NCBI GenBank assembly: GCA_037440005.1
Contig: JBBIUY010000010.1
Location: 20,475 to 84,474 of the forward strand
DNA from: Armatimonadota bacterium
Lineage (GTDB): Bacteria > Sysuimicrobiota > Sysuimicrobiia > Sysuimicrobiales > Kaftiobacteriaceae
Direction: 5' to 3'
Length of the DNA: 64,000 nucleotides
Within the stretch, counting starts at the first letter, position 1, and each line of letters opens with the position of its first letter. The translations under genes and the position numbers were made by a program. Positions 8,049 through 19,544 of the stretch are shown one piece after another. The notes under the pieces are model-generated. The model searched no databases, was not told where the DNA came from, and saw nothing but the letters and a program-made list of their open reading frames with translations.

Positions 8049-9221
8049 CTACTGGCCTCCCCGCTCGATCATCTTGCGCAGCTCGTCGGGGTAGATGGCC
8101 CGGGCCAGGGCGTTCTCCAGGGTCACCAGCCGCCGGGAGTACAGGTTGAACAGCGACTGGTCCATGGTCTGCATCCCGTACTGGGCGCCGGTCTGGATGG
8201 CCGTGTGGATCTGGTGGGTCTTGGCCTCCCGGATCAGGTTGCGGATGGCCGGGGTGGCGATCATGATCTCCACCGCCGGGACCCGCCCGATCTCCTCGAT
8301 GGACGGCCAGCGGCCGGTGCGCCCGTCGCCCATGCCCCCGCCCGCCCCCCGGGCCGCCGCGGCCACCGCCGCCACCCGCCGTTCCTCCCGCCGGCCGACG
8401 AACTGGGCGTTGGGCAGCAGCTGCTGGGAGATCACCGCCTCCAGGACCGAGGCCAGCTGGACGCGGATCTGCTGCTGCTGGTGAGGCGGGAAGACGTCGA
8501 TGATGCGGTCGATGGACTGGCTGGCGTTGGCGGTGTGCAGGGTGGCGAACACCAGGTGGCCGGTCTCGGCGATGGTCAGCGCGGCCGCGATGGTCTCCAG
8601 GTCCCGCATCTCGCCCACCATGATCACGTTGGGGTCCTCCCGCAGCACCGCCCGGAGGGCGTTGGGGAAGGACTGGGTGTCAAAGCCCAGCTCCCGCTGG
8701 TTGACGATGCTCTTCTTGTGGTGATGCACGTACTCGATGGGGTCCTCGATGGTGACGATGTGAGCCGCCCGCTCGCTGTTGATGAAGTCGATCATGGAGG
8801 CCAGGGTGGTGGACTTGCCGTGGCCGGTGGGACCGGTCACCAGGATCAGCCCCCGGGGCAGCCGGCACAGATCCTTGATCACCAGGGGGATGTTCAGCTC
8901 CTCGATGCTGGGGATGACCTCGGGGATGACCCGGCAGGCGACCCCCACCGACCCCCGCTGGCGGTAGACGTTGACCCGGAACCGCCCCAGCCCCGCCACC
9001 GCGTAGGACAGGTCCAGCTCCCAGGTCTTCTCGAACTTCTGCTTCTGGAACGTGTTGAGCATGCTGTAGGCCAGCTGGAAGGTGTCCTCGGGCGTCAGCG
9101 GCGGATGGTTGAGGGGCTGCAGCTTGCCCCACACCCGGACGGTCGGCGGGACCCCCACGGTCAGGTGGAGGTCCGAGGCTTTGGCTTCCACGGTCTGGCG
9201 CAGCAGGTCGTCGATGTGCAT
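8049..9221 (-). CDS. pilT: Type IV pilus retraction ATPase PilT
   Basis: ASDLHL, GPTGHGKST, TIEDPIE, VGEMRD, TLHT, AIRNLIRE. Confidence 0.95.
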   Translation of the reverse strand: MHIDDLLRQTVEAKASDLHLTVGVPPTVRVWGKLQPLNHPPLTPEDTFQLAYSMLNTFQKQKFEKTWELDLSYAVAGLGRFRVNVYRQRGSVGVACRVIPEVIPSIEELNIPLVIKDLCRLPRGLILVTGPTGHGKSTTLASMIDFINSERAAHIVTIEDPIEYVHHHKKSIVNQRELGFDTQSFPNALRAVLREDPNVIMVGEMRDLETIAAALTIAETGHLVFATLHTANASQSIDRIIDVFPPHQQQQIRVQLASVLEAVISQQLLPNAQFVGRREERRVAAVAAAARGAGGGMGDGRTGRWPSIEEIGRVPAVEIMIATPAIRNLIREAKTHQIHTAIQTGAQYGMQTMDQSLFNLYSRRLVTLENALARAIYPDELRKMIERGGQ

Positions 9222-9242
9222 CTCACACCCCTGGGGGAGTGC

Positions 9243-9268
9243 ATGCCCCCGCCCGCGGGATTCTAGGC
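9243..9268 (-). promoter_or_regulatory. Candidate promoter GCCTAG-N14-GGGCAT for pilT-pilC
   Basis: Boxes and spacing identical to 4846-4871; intergenic, about 21 nt from the start codon. Confidence 0.6.
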
Positions 9269-9326
9269 CGCCCGGCGGGCGGATCGCGGGGGCGCGGGCC
9301 TGCGGGAGCGCGGCGCAGCAACCCGG

Positions 9327-11156
9327 TCAGGGGGCCGCGGACCCGCCGTCCCCCGTTCCCGCGACCCCGAAGGGAGCGTCCTCGGGCCCGTTGGCGCGCT
9401 CCACGTGCACCACCCGCCACACCTCGGCCAGGGACGTCACCCCGGCGGCGGCCTTGTGCAGGCCGTCCTGCAGGAGGGTGGTCATGCCCGCCGCCACCGC
9501 CTGCTCCTTCAGCTCGTGGTGGGGCGCGCGGTTCACCACCAGGCGGCGGAGGTCCTCGTCCATCTCGGCGATCTCAAAGACCGCCACCCGCCCCCGGTAG
9601 CCCGTGTAGTTGCAGAAGTCGCACCCCCGGGCCAGGTAGAACGTCCCCGCGGGCGCCTGCGGTCCCATCCGCGCCCGCAGCTCCTCGGCCCCGTAGGGGT
9701 CCGGCTCCCGGCACCGCGGACACAGGACCCGCACCAGCCGCTGGGCCGCCACCCCTTCCAGGGCGGAGGCCACCAGGTAGGGCTCGATTCCCATGTCCAA
9801 CAATCGGGTGATGGCGCCGGGGGCGTCGTTGGTGTGCAGGGTGCTCAACACCAGGTGTCCGGTCAGCGCCGCCTGCACCGCGATCCGCGCCGTCTCCAGG
9901 TCCCGGACCTCCCCCACCATGATGATGTCCGGGTCCTGGCGCAAGAAATGCCGCAGCGCCGACGCGAACGTCACCCCCGCCCGCGGATTCACCTGCATCT
10001 GGGTGATCCCCGGGATCTGGTACTCCACCGGGTCTTCCACCGTGACGATGTTCACCTGCTCGCTGTTCAGCTCGTTGAGGATGGCGTACAGGGTGGTGGT
10101 CTTGCCGCTGCCGGTGGGGCCCGTCAGCAGGAAGATCCCCTGGGGCCGCCGGATGATCCGCCGCAGCCGCGCGATGTTGGCCGCAGACAGCCCCAGCTTG
10201 TCCAGGTCGTAGATGGGCGCCGACTTGTCCAGCAGCCGGAGCACCGCCTTCTCCCCGTAAAACGCGGGGATGGTGGACACCCGCACGTCGATGGGCCGCC
10301 CGTCCACCCGGGTCTGGAAGCTGCCGTCCTGGGGCACCCGCCGCTCGGCGATGTCCATGTTGGCCATGATCTTGATCCGGGAGACCACCTGGGCGTGCAC
10401 GTACTCGGGCAGGGTCCCCCGGGTCAGCAGCACCCCGTCGATGCGGTAGCGGATCCGGATGTGACGCTCCTGGGGCTCGATGTGGATGTCGCTGGCCCGC
10501 TTGCGCACCGCCTCCTCGATCAGCCGGCTCACCAGCCGCACCACCGGCTGCTCTTCGGCCATCCGCCGCAGCTGCTCCAGGGACACCCGCTCCTCGTCCA
10601 CCGCCGGGGGCCGCGGCAGGTCCCGCACCAGCTCCTGGGCCACGTCCAGCGCCGGGTACTGGTTGAGGGCCGCCTGGAAGTCCCGCACCGTGGTGACCGC
10701 CGCCTTCACCTCCATCCCCGTCACCCGCCGGATGTCGTCCAGGGCCACCACGTCCAGGGGGTCCACCATGGCCACCGTCAGGACCCCGTCCCGCACCTCC
10801 AGGGGGATCGCCTGCAGCCGGCTCGCCATCGGGGCCGGCAGCAGCCGCAGCACGTCCTCGGACAGGGACACCCCCGCCAGACGCACGAAGGGGATGCCGA
10901 TCTGCTGGCTCAGCAGCCGGGCCACGTGCTCGGGGTCCACGATCCCCATGTCCAGCAGCACCCGGCCCAGCCGCTCCCCGGTGGCCCGGTGGATCTCCAG
11001 GGCGCGGGACAGCTGGTCGGGGGTCACCAGCTCCTGCTCCAGCAGCAGCTGGCCCAGGGGCGGACGGCGGCGCGCCCCGTCGGGGGAGGGACGCCGGGAG
11101 GGATCGCCCGGGCGGGACGCGTCGCCCGGGGACGGCAGCGGCTCGCGGTCGGCCAT
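9327..11156 (-). CDS. pilB: PilB/GspE-family assembly ATPase 2 with MshEN domain
   Basis: LGQLLLEQELV...RLGRVLLDMGIV, GPTGSGKTT, LRQDPD, tetra-Cys (CPRC/CDFC). Confidence 0.92.
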   Translation of the reverse strand: MADREPLPSPGDASRPGDPSRRPSPDGARRRPPLGQLLLEQELVTPDQLSRALEIHRATGERLGRVLLDMGIVDPEHVARLLSQQIGIPFVRLAGVSLSEDVLRLLPAPMASRLQAIPLEVRDGVLTVAMVDPLDVVALDDIRRVTGMEVKAAVTTVRDFQAALNQYPALDVAQELVRDLPRPPAVDEERVSLEQLRRMAEEQPVVRLVSRLIEEAVRKRASDIHIEPQERHIRIRYRIDGVLLTRGTLPEYVHAQVVSRIKIMANMDIAERRVPQDGSFQTRVDGRPIDVRVSTIPAFYGEKAVLRLLDKSAPIYDLDKLGLSAANIARLRRIIRRPQGIFLLTGPTGSGKTTTLYAILNELNSEQVNIVTVEDPVEYQIPGITQMQVNPRAGVTFASALRHFLRQDPDIIMVGEVRDLETARIAVQAALTGHLVLSTLHTNDAPGAITRLLDMGIEPYLVASALEGVAAQRLVRVLCPRCREPDPYGAEELRARMGPQAPAGTFYLARGCDFCNYTGYRGRVAVFEIAEMDEDLRRLVVNRAPHHELKEQAVAAGMTTLLQDGLHKAAAGVTSLAEVWRVVHVERANGPEDAPFGVAGTGDGGSAAP

Positions 11157-11217
11157 AGAACCTCCGGGACGGGACGGAGGAAGAGGGAACACACCCCCGC
11201 CGCCTCTTCCCTCTTCC

Positions 11218-13710
<2,493 letters not shown>

Positions 13711-13716
13711 TTCACT

Positions 13717-13751
13717 CAACCTTCAACCTTCAACCTCCAACCTCCAACCTT
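13717..13751. repeat. Heptamer tandem repeat CAACCT(T/C) x5
   Basis: Direct reading; fills most of the roadblock-pilB intergenic gap. Confidence 0.85.
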
Positions 13752-13760
13752 CACCGCCGT

Positions 13761-14135
13761 TCACAGTTGACTGGCCACCGCCTGGCGGATCTTGCGCATC
13801 TCGATGCGCAGGCGGCCCAGATTCGCTCCCTGGTTGCCCACCACCGCCAGGCAGGCGTCGGGCCCCACCGGGGTCACCGCCACCGGCCCCACCTCGTACT
13901 CGATGAGGATGGACCCCAACGCGCCCAGCTGCAGTTCGGTGCCCATGGCCTCCGCCGCCGCCAGGCTGCTGGCCGCAATCGCCCCCACCGAGTCGGTGTC
14001 CACGGGGTGGGCGGTGGCTGCCTCGATCACGAAGCCGTCCCGGCCGACCACCAGGGCGGCCGTGACCCCGTCCACCCGCAGCAACCCGTCCAGAATCCCG
14101 CGCAGCCCGCCCGCCGTCACATCCACCGACTGCAT
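13761..14135 (-). CDS. Roadblock/LC7 domain protein (MglB-like)
   Basis: VDGVTAALVVGRDGFVI...ANLGRLRIEMRK. Confidence 0.88.
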   Translation of the reverse strand: MQSVDVTAGGLRGILDGLLRVDGVTAALVVGRDGFVIEAATAHPVDTDSVGAIAASSLAAAEAMGTELQLGALGSILIEYEVGPVAVTPVGPDACLAVVGNQGANLGRLRIEMRKIRQAVASQL

Positions 14136-14310
14136 CCTGGGGCCCCTTTCGGGGGCGTTCGATCGCCGCCGCGGCGAAGGGTGGCACCGACGCCCGGACG
14201 CGGCTGCCCGCGCCTGACGCCCGCCCCGGGGGGCATCGCTTCCACGCTCCTCCGCGCCAACGTCTCCCGTCCCGGCGTCTGGTCCGTCACGCGACCGCCT
14301 CCGCCCGGGG

Positions 14311-14688
14311 TCAGATCACACCGGCGTTGAGCACCGAGGCGATCTCGGGCATGAAGCGCCGCAGCTGCAGCCGCGCCTTGCCCACGTTCCCCCGCGGGTG
14401 GATGACGATCCCCACGTAGTACTCCTGGCCGGCCATGGCCAGCAGCAGGATGTAGCGCTCGGCCACCAGCATCACGTGGTCGATGGGGCCGCCGTCCACC
14501 TTCTGGCACAGGTAGTCCAGTACCTTACCGGCGACGGCACCCTCGGGAGCGATCTCCTCGATGGCGAAGTGGGGGTCCACCTTCAGGGTCTCCACGGGGG
14601 TGCCGTCCATGTTGACCACGACGGCGCCCACCAGGCCCTCGATTCCGCCCACCAGCGCCCGCAGCAGGTCCTTGACGGGTGCGGCCAT
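14311..14688 (-). CDS. Roadblock/LC7 domain protein (MglC/MglB-like)
   Basis: IEGLVGAVVVNMDGTPV...GNVGKARLQLRR. Confidence 0.82.
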   Translation of the reverse strand: MAAPVKDLLRALVGGIEGLVGAVVVNMDGTPVETLKVDPHFAIEEIAPEGAVAGKVLDYLCQKVDGGPIDHVMLVAERYILLLAMAGQEYYVGIVIHPRGNVGKARLQLRRFMPEIASVLNAGVI

Positions 14689-14698
14689 GGTCGGGTCC

Positions 14699-14983
14699 TC
14701 AGCGCTCGGTCTCGCCGTCGGCGGCCGCCTCCGCTTCCAGTAGCAGGCGCACGCCCTGCAGGCGCAACCCCTCCTCGTCGATCAGGCGCTTGATGCGCCG
14801 GATCAGCTCCAGGTCGCGCTGGCTGAACAGCCGGTGCCCGCCCCGGGTCCGGGCGGGGCGGAGCAGCCCGTACTGGCTCTCCCACGCCCGGATCCGCCGG
14901 GCGTCCACGCCCGTCAGGCGGGCCACGGTGCGGATGGGGTAGATGGGCAGGTCGGGCGCCACGGCCCGGTCCTCGGTCTTCAC
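14699..14983 (-). CDS. Short MerR-family HTH regulator
   Basis: YPIRTVARLTGV...IRAWESQYGLLRPARTRGGHRLFS. Confidence 0.9.
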   Translation of the reverse strand: MKTEDRAVAPDLPIYPIRTVARLTGVDARRIRAWESQYGLLRPARTRGGHRLFSQRDLELIRRIKRLIDEEGLRLQGVRLLLEAEAAADGETER

Positions 14984-15037
14984 GTGCTGCCTCCTCCTCC
15001 GTCAGCCCCGGCGTCGGCCGGGGTCCATGCTCCTCCG

Positions 15038-15823
15038 TCAGACCGCCTCCGGCCGCAGGGTTTCCCGCAGGCGCCGCAGGGCGGCGTGCATCACCCGGGA
15101 GACGTGCTTTTGGGAAATGCCCAGGCGGCGGGCGGCTTCGGTCTGGGTGAGGTCCATGAAGAACAGGTAGTAGATCACCTTGCGCTGCAGGTCCGACAGG
15201 CGCTCCACCGCGTCGTGGACCAGCACCCGTTCCTCCACCGGCATGGCGCCGGCCGCGTGCTTGGTGGTGATCCGGTCCCGCTGGGCGATGGGCGCGCCGT
15301 CGTCGCCCTCCCGCTCCTCGTCCAGCGACGCCACCCGCAGCGACTCCCGGGCCCGCAGGACCTCCACCACCTCCTCCTCGGAGGTCTGGATCTCCCGGGC
15401 GATCTCGGCGGGGGTCGGGGGGCGGCCGATCCGCTGGGTGAGGCTGGTCATGGCGCGGTTGACCCGGTGGTCCATCTCGTACAGCCAGCGGGGCCGGCGC
15501 ACGGTGGTGCCCTGGTCCCGCAGGTAGTGGCGGATCTCTCCGGCGATCAGGTGGCGGGCGTAGGTCTCGAACTTCACGCGCCGGTCGGGGTCGAAGTTGG
15601 CGACCGCGTTCATCAGGCCGATGTACCCGATCTGGTGGAGGTCGTCCAGAGGGATGCCCGACCGGGCGTACCGGCGCGCCACCTGGTGGACCAGGGGCAT
15701 GAAGTGGGTGGTGAGTTTCTCGTGGAGATCGGGAGATCGCGAGGCGCGGTAGTCGCGGAACCAGGCCACACAGTCGTCGGGCGGGGTCTCCCGCGCCGGT
15801 TGCAGCGTGCTCCTGCGTCCCAT
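15038..15823 (-). CDS. RNA polymerase sigma factor, SigB/SigF/SigG family
   Basis: DDLHQIGYIGLMNAVANFDP, FETYA..IAGEIRHYLRD, LTQTEAARRLGISQKHVSR; GGAGG RBS before ATG 15823. Confidence 0.92.
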   Translation of the reverse strand: MGRRSTLQPARETPPDDCVAWFRDYRASRSPDLHEKLTTHFMPLVHQVARRYARSGIPLDDLHQIGYIGLMNAVANFDPDRRVKFETYARHLIAGEIRHYLRDQGTTVRRPRWLYEMDHRVNRAMTSLTQRIGRPPTPAEIAREIQTSEEEVVEVLRARESLRVASLDEEREGDDGAPIAQRDRITTKHAAGAMPVEERVLVHDAVERLSDLQRKVIYYLFFMDLTQTEAARRLGISQKHVSRVMHAALRRLRETLRPEAV

Positions 15824-15927
15824 GTGGCGCCCTCCTGTCACCCGCCAGGCATCGGAGATGCCCGCCGGACCGGAGGCGCAGCGCTGAGACGGGACCGGAG
15901 GACCGCCGGAGGAGGGACAACAAGCGC

Positions 15928-16020
15928 CTCTTTCGGCAACCCGGCTGACCTTCCGGTCGTCACCGGCAGGTCCCGTAGCTTTGCGCCCCCAGGTCACCCT
16001 GGGTTTGCCTTTGTCGCGAG
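15928..16020 (-). ncRNA. Cyclic di-GMP-I (GEMM) riboswitch
   Basis: AGGCAAACCCAGG-GTGA-CCTGGGGGCGCAAAGCTACGGGACC...GGTCAGCCGGGTTGCCGAAAGAG fits the GEMM-I consensus; G20 and C92 equivalents present. Confidence 0.92.
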
Positions 16021-16030
16021 GACAGCTCGG

Positions 16031-16059
16031 ATTCTAACAAACTCATCCCCAAATTGCAA
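16031..16059 (-). promoter_or_regulatory. Sigma70-type promoter TTGCAA-N17-TAGAAT with extended -10 TG
   Basis: Lies 10 nt upstream of the riboswitch 5' end. Confidence 0.75.
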
Positions 16060-16176
16060 GGGGTCGCCGCCCTCTCCCGGCGCGGCCGCCCCCGTCGGGG
16101 GCGGCCGCCGGATGCCTCCGTGGAAGATCGCAGCAACTTTGATGCCACCCGGCTGGATGCCGGGTGTGCGGGACGG

Positions 16177-17103
16177 TCAGCGGGTGGAGGCCTGACGGAC
16201 GCCGCCGGCCAGGTGGGTGTACAGGCGCAGGACGTTCACCACGTACCACTGGGTTTCCCGGTAGGGCGGGATCCCGTTGTAGCGGCTCACGGCGCCGTGG
16301 CCGGCGTTGTAGGCGGCCAGCGCCAGGGAGACGTTGCCGCCGAAGCGGTCCAGCTGGGCCCGCAGCCACCGCACCGTTCCGTAGATGTTGCCCACCGGGT
16401 CGAGGGGGTTGACCTTCAGGCTCTGCCAGGTCTGCGGCATCAGCTGGCCCAGGCCCACGGCCCCGGCGGGCGAGCGGGCGGTGATCCGGAAGCCCGATTC
16501 CACCGCGATCAGGGCCATCACCAGCCGGGGGTCGACCTGGTAGGCATCGCTGTAGTACAGGACGCTGCGGACGATGGCGTCCACCTGGCGGGCGGACAGG
16601 GCGGGGTTGTACCACAGAGCCACGCGGGCGTAGGCCTGGGGGACCGGCGGGTGGGCCAGGACGGCGATGCGGTCTCCCTCCTGGGCCCGCAGCCACTGCC
16701 GGGCCAGCACGGCCGTCTGCGGGTGCGGGCTGCGCGCGGCCCGCAGGAAAGCCAGGCGGGCGTCGGCGTCGCGTCCCAGGCGAATGAGAGCCGCCCCCAG
16801 CCACAGGGCCACCTCCCCCGACGGCCGCAAAGCCATGGCCCGCTGGAAGGACGCCACGGCCTCGGCGGCGGCTCCCATCTGGTAGTACGAGGCCCCCAGC
16901 CACACCCAGGCGGAGGCGTCGGCGGGGCGGGTCTGCAGGTAGGATCGCAGGATCGCCACGGCCTGGGGGTGGCGTCCGGCCAGGTGCGCCCGGCGCGCCG
17001 CCTCCAGGGCGTCAGCCGCCCCCGCCCCCGACCCCGCCCCCAGGATCAGGACCGCCGCGAGGGTCGCGGTGATCGCCGGGGTCCTGCCGCGTGTAGCGCT
17101 CAC
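16177..17103 (-). CDS. TPR-containing lytic transglycosylase (SLT domain)
   Basis: Signal peptide, TPRs, IAVESGF, GAVGLGQLMP, ALAAYNAG, PPYRETQWYV. Confidence 0.9.
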   Translation of the reverse strand: MSATRGRTPAITATLAAVLILGAGSGAGAADALEAARRAHLAGRHPQAVAILRSYLQTRPADASAWVWLGASYYQMGAAAEAVASFQRAMALRPSGEVALWLGAALIRLGRDADARLAFLRAARSPHPQTAVLARQWLRAQEGDRIAVLAHPPVPQAYARVALWYNPALSARQVDAIVRSVLYYSDAYQVDPRLVMALIAVESGFRITARSPAGAVGLGQLMPQTWQSLKVNPLDPVGNIYGTVRWLRAQLDRFGGNVSLALAAYNAGHGAVSRYNGIPPYRETQWYVVNVLRLYTHLAGGVRQASTR

Positions 17104-17133
17104 ACGTTCGCTGTACCCGGCTTCCGGCCGGGC

Positions 17134-17700
17134 CTAGTCGCCCCGCAGCCGGCGCAGGCCCATCAGCCGCCGCACGGCGGCCTCCAGGCGACGGACCAGG
17201 CGGGTGGTGACGAACTCCCGGGCAGAGAGCGGGTCCACCAGGATCGTGCGCACGCCCACCAGGTTGCCGCCCAGGATGTCGGTGAACAGCTGGTCTCCCA
17301 CCAGCGCCGTCTGGGAAGGCTCGGTGCCCATGGCCCGCATGGCGTGGCGGAAGGCCCAGGGAGCCGGCTTGGCCGCCCGCGGCACCACCGGCACCCCCAG
17401 GGCGGCGCCCACCTGCCGGGCGCGGGACGTCAGGCTGTTGGAGACGATGCACACCGACACCCCCGCCTGCTTCAGCCCCGCCACCCACCGGACCACCTCG
17501 GGAGCGGGGACCGAGGCCCCCCAGGGGACCACGGTGTTGTCCAGGTCGCAGATCAGCCCCCGGATGCCGTCGGCGCGCAAATCGGCGGGGGACAGGTCCA
17601 GGACCGAGCCCACGTGGCGGGCGGGAGTCAGCCACCGGCCCGGCACCAAGACCCGCCTCCGCGCGGCCCCCAGCACCGACCGCAGCCACGCCCCGATCAC
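17134..17700 (-). CDS. yqeG: YqeG-family HAD IIIA phosphatase
   Basis: DLDNTVVPW, KP, VGDQLFTDILGGN. Confidence 0.9.
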   Translation of the reverse strand: MIGAWLRSVLGAARRRVLVPGRWLTPARHVGSVLDLSPADLRADGIRGLICDLDNTVVPWGASVPAPEVVRWVAGLKQAGVSVCIVSNSLTSRARQVGAALGVPVVPRAAKPAPWAFRHAMRAMGTEPSQTALVGDQLFTDILGGNLVGVRTILVDPLSAREFVTTRLVRRLEAAVRRLMGLRRLRGD

Positions 17701-18704
17701 GGGACGGGTCGGTACCTCCGGATGGCGGCCAGGTGTTCCCGGTAGGTGCGGCTGAAGACGTGGGAGCCGTCGGGCCGGGCCACGTAGTACAGGTAGTCGG
17801 TGACCGCCGGGCGGAGGGCGGCCCGGATGGACGCCAGCCCGGGGTTGGCGATGGGCCCCGGAGGCAGGCCGGCCCGGCGGTAGGTGTTGTAGGGGGACTC
17901 CACCTCCAGGTCGCTGTAGGTCACCACCGCCTTGTGCCGGCCCAGGGCGTACAGGACCGTCGCGTCCACCTCCAGCCGCATGCCGCGGCGCAGGCGGTTG
18001 ACCAGGACGCCGGCGATGAGCGCCCGCTCGTCATCCCGCCGAGCCTCCCGTTCCACCAGCGAGGCCAGGGTGACGATCTCGTGCAGAGACCGGCCTCCTC
18101 CCTCCTGCCGCCACAGAGGGAGGACCACCTCGGCGAACCGGTCCAGCAGCACGCCCACGATCTTCTCCTCCGGCCAGCCCCGGGGCAGGCGGTAGGTGTC
18201 CGGAAACAGGTACCCTTCCAGCGAGCCGGTGGCCACCGACCGCAGGAACGGGTGGGGCAGGCGCGCCGCGCCCCGCAGGACCAGCTCCTCCAGGGCCCGG
18301 CGGTCGCCCAGCCCGGCGTCGGCCAGCGCCCGGGCCACCTCCACGGCGGTGTAGCCTTCGGGGATGGTCACCTCGTGCAGGAGGACCTGGCCCCGGGCCA
18401 GGACGTCCACCACCTCCAGCAGCCCCATGGCCGGGGACAGCCGGTACTCGCCTCCCTGGAGGCGGCCGTCCAGCCCGCGCAGGCGCACCACCCACAGGAA
18501 GTCGGACGCGGACCGGATGATGCCCGCAGACTCCAGCCGCCGGCCGATCTCTGCGGCCGGGGCGCCCGGCGGGATCACCACCACCCGGGGGGATCCGGCG
18601 GGGTCGGCGGGCCGGACCGAAGTGGCCGCGGAGGCGACCACCGCCGCGGCGAGGGCCGCCAGGACTGCTGCGAGGGACGCCCGTGCACGCCGCGCTGACT
18701 GCAT
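17697..18704 (-). CDS. mltG: Endolytic transglycosylase MltG
   Basis: LEGYLFPDTY, LASLVERE, SPYNTY..GLPPGPIANPG. Confidence 0.95.
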   Translation of the reverse strand: MQSARRARASLAAVLAALAAAVVASAATSVRPADPAGSPRVVVIPPGAPAAEIGRRLESAGIIRSASDFLWVVRLRGLDGRLQGGEYRLSPAMGLLEVVDVLARGQVLLHEVTIPEGYTAVEVARALADAGLGDRRALEELVLRGAARLPHPFLRSVATGSLEGYLFPDTYRLPRGWPEEKIVGVLLDRFAEVVLPLWRQEGGGRSLHEIVTLASLVEREARRDDERALIAGVLVNRLRRGMRLEVDATVLYALGRHKAVVTYSDLEVESPYNTYRRAGLPPGPIANPGLASIRAALRPAVTDYLYYVARPDGSHVFSRTYREHLAAIRRYRPVP

Positions 18705-18728
18705 GGGCCAGCCGGCACCGCGGGGCGG

Positions 18729-19034
18729 TCAGTTGACGGCGCCGCCCTCGTCGTCGGAGGAGTCCTCGCCCAGGATTTCCACGTCGTCGTAGCCGGCTTC
18801 GGCCTCGATGGCGTCGGCCACCTTGCGGAACTCCTCCTCGTCCTCCACCGCGACCAGGGTTTCGCCCTCCACCCGGAAGACGACCGCGGGGTCGTCCTCG
18901 GAGACGCCTTCGCCCGACAGCGGCTGGAGGATGGCGTACCGGTGCCGGTCCACCTCGATCACATCCACCAGGCTGAAGTCATGGGCCTGGCCGTGCTCGT
19001 CCAGCAGCGTGATGACCTCTCCCCGGTCGGCCAC
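18729..19034 (-). CDS. DUF1292 domain protein
   Basis: Acidic, ITLLDEHG...VEDEEEF; conserved position between ruvX and mltG. Confidence 0.82.
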   Translation of the reverse strand: MADRGEVITLLDEHGQAHDFSLVDVIEVDRHRYAILQPLSGEGVSEDDPAVVFRVEGETLVAVEDEEEFRKVADAIEAEAGYDDVEILGEDSSDDEGGAVN

Positions 19035-19108
19035 AGCCGCACCTCATTTCGGACGGCCGACCTGGGGCGGCCGGTCCGTCCCGAAGATCCCGCCGGTAGG
19101 ACGGTGAG

Positions 19109-19137
19109 AGCGTAACACCGGGGCCGGGGGGTGTCAA
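19109..19137 (-). promoter_or_regulatory. Sigma70-type promoter TTGACA-N17-TACGCT
   Basis: Perfect -35 overlapping the ruvX stop, extended -10 TG. Confidence 0.55.
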
Positions 19138-19544
19138 CGCCGCCGGTCCAGGTACGTCTGCAGGATGAGCGCCGCCGCCACCGCGTCGCGGGCGCGGCGG
19201 CGCCGGCGGCGGCTGAGGTCGGCCGCCACCAGCACCCGTTCCGCCTCGACGGTGGTCAGCCACTCGTCGGCCAGGTCCACCGGCACGCCCAGGGCGTCCT
19301 GCAGGCGGCGGGCGAAGCGCCGCGCGGAGGCCGCCGCGTCCGCCTCGGTGCCGTCCAGCCGGCGGGGCAGGCCCACCACCACCCGCTCCACCTGGTAGCG
19401 GCGGACGCGGTCGCGGATCGCATCCACCACCTGCGGCCAGGAGCGGCGGGCGATCACGCCCTCGGGCTGAGCCACGGTCCCGTCGGGAGACGAAATCGCC
19501 AGACCGATCCGCCGCGCGCCCACGTCCACCGCCAGCACCCTCAT
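19134..19544 (-). CDS. ruvX: RuvX/YqgF pre-16S rRNA nuclease
   Basis: MRVLAVDVGARRIGLAIS, VVGLP, DEWLTT, DAVAAALILQ. Confidence 0.92.
   Translation of the reverse strand: MRVLAVDVGARRIGLAISSPDGTVAQPEGVIARRSWPQVVDAIRDRVRRYQVERVVVGLPRRLDGTEADAAASARRFARRLQDALGVPVDLADEWLTTVEAERVLVAADLSRRRRRRARDAVAAALILQTYLDRRR

Noticed and set aside
14117..14290. Small ORF between the two Roadblock genes (GGAGG plus GTG)
   Set aside because: Low-complexity Arg/Pro/Gly product with no recognisable features; unsupported.
15928..16020. 3',3'-cGAMP (GEMM-Ib) riboswitch
   Set aside because: The position equivalent to nucleotide 20 is G (AGGCAAAC), not A.
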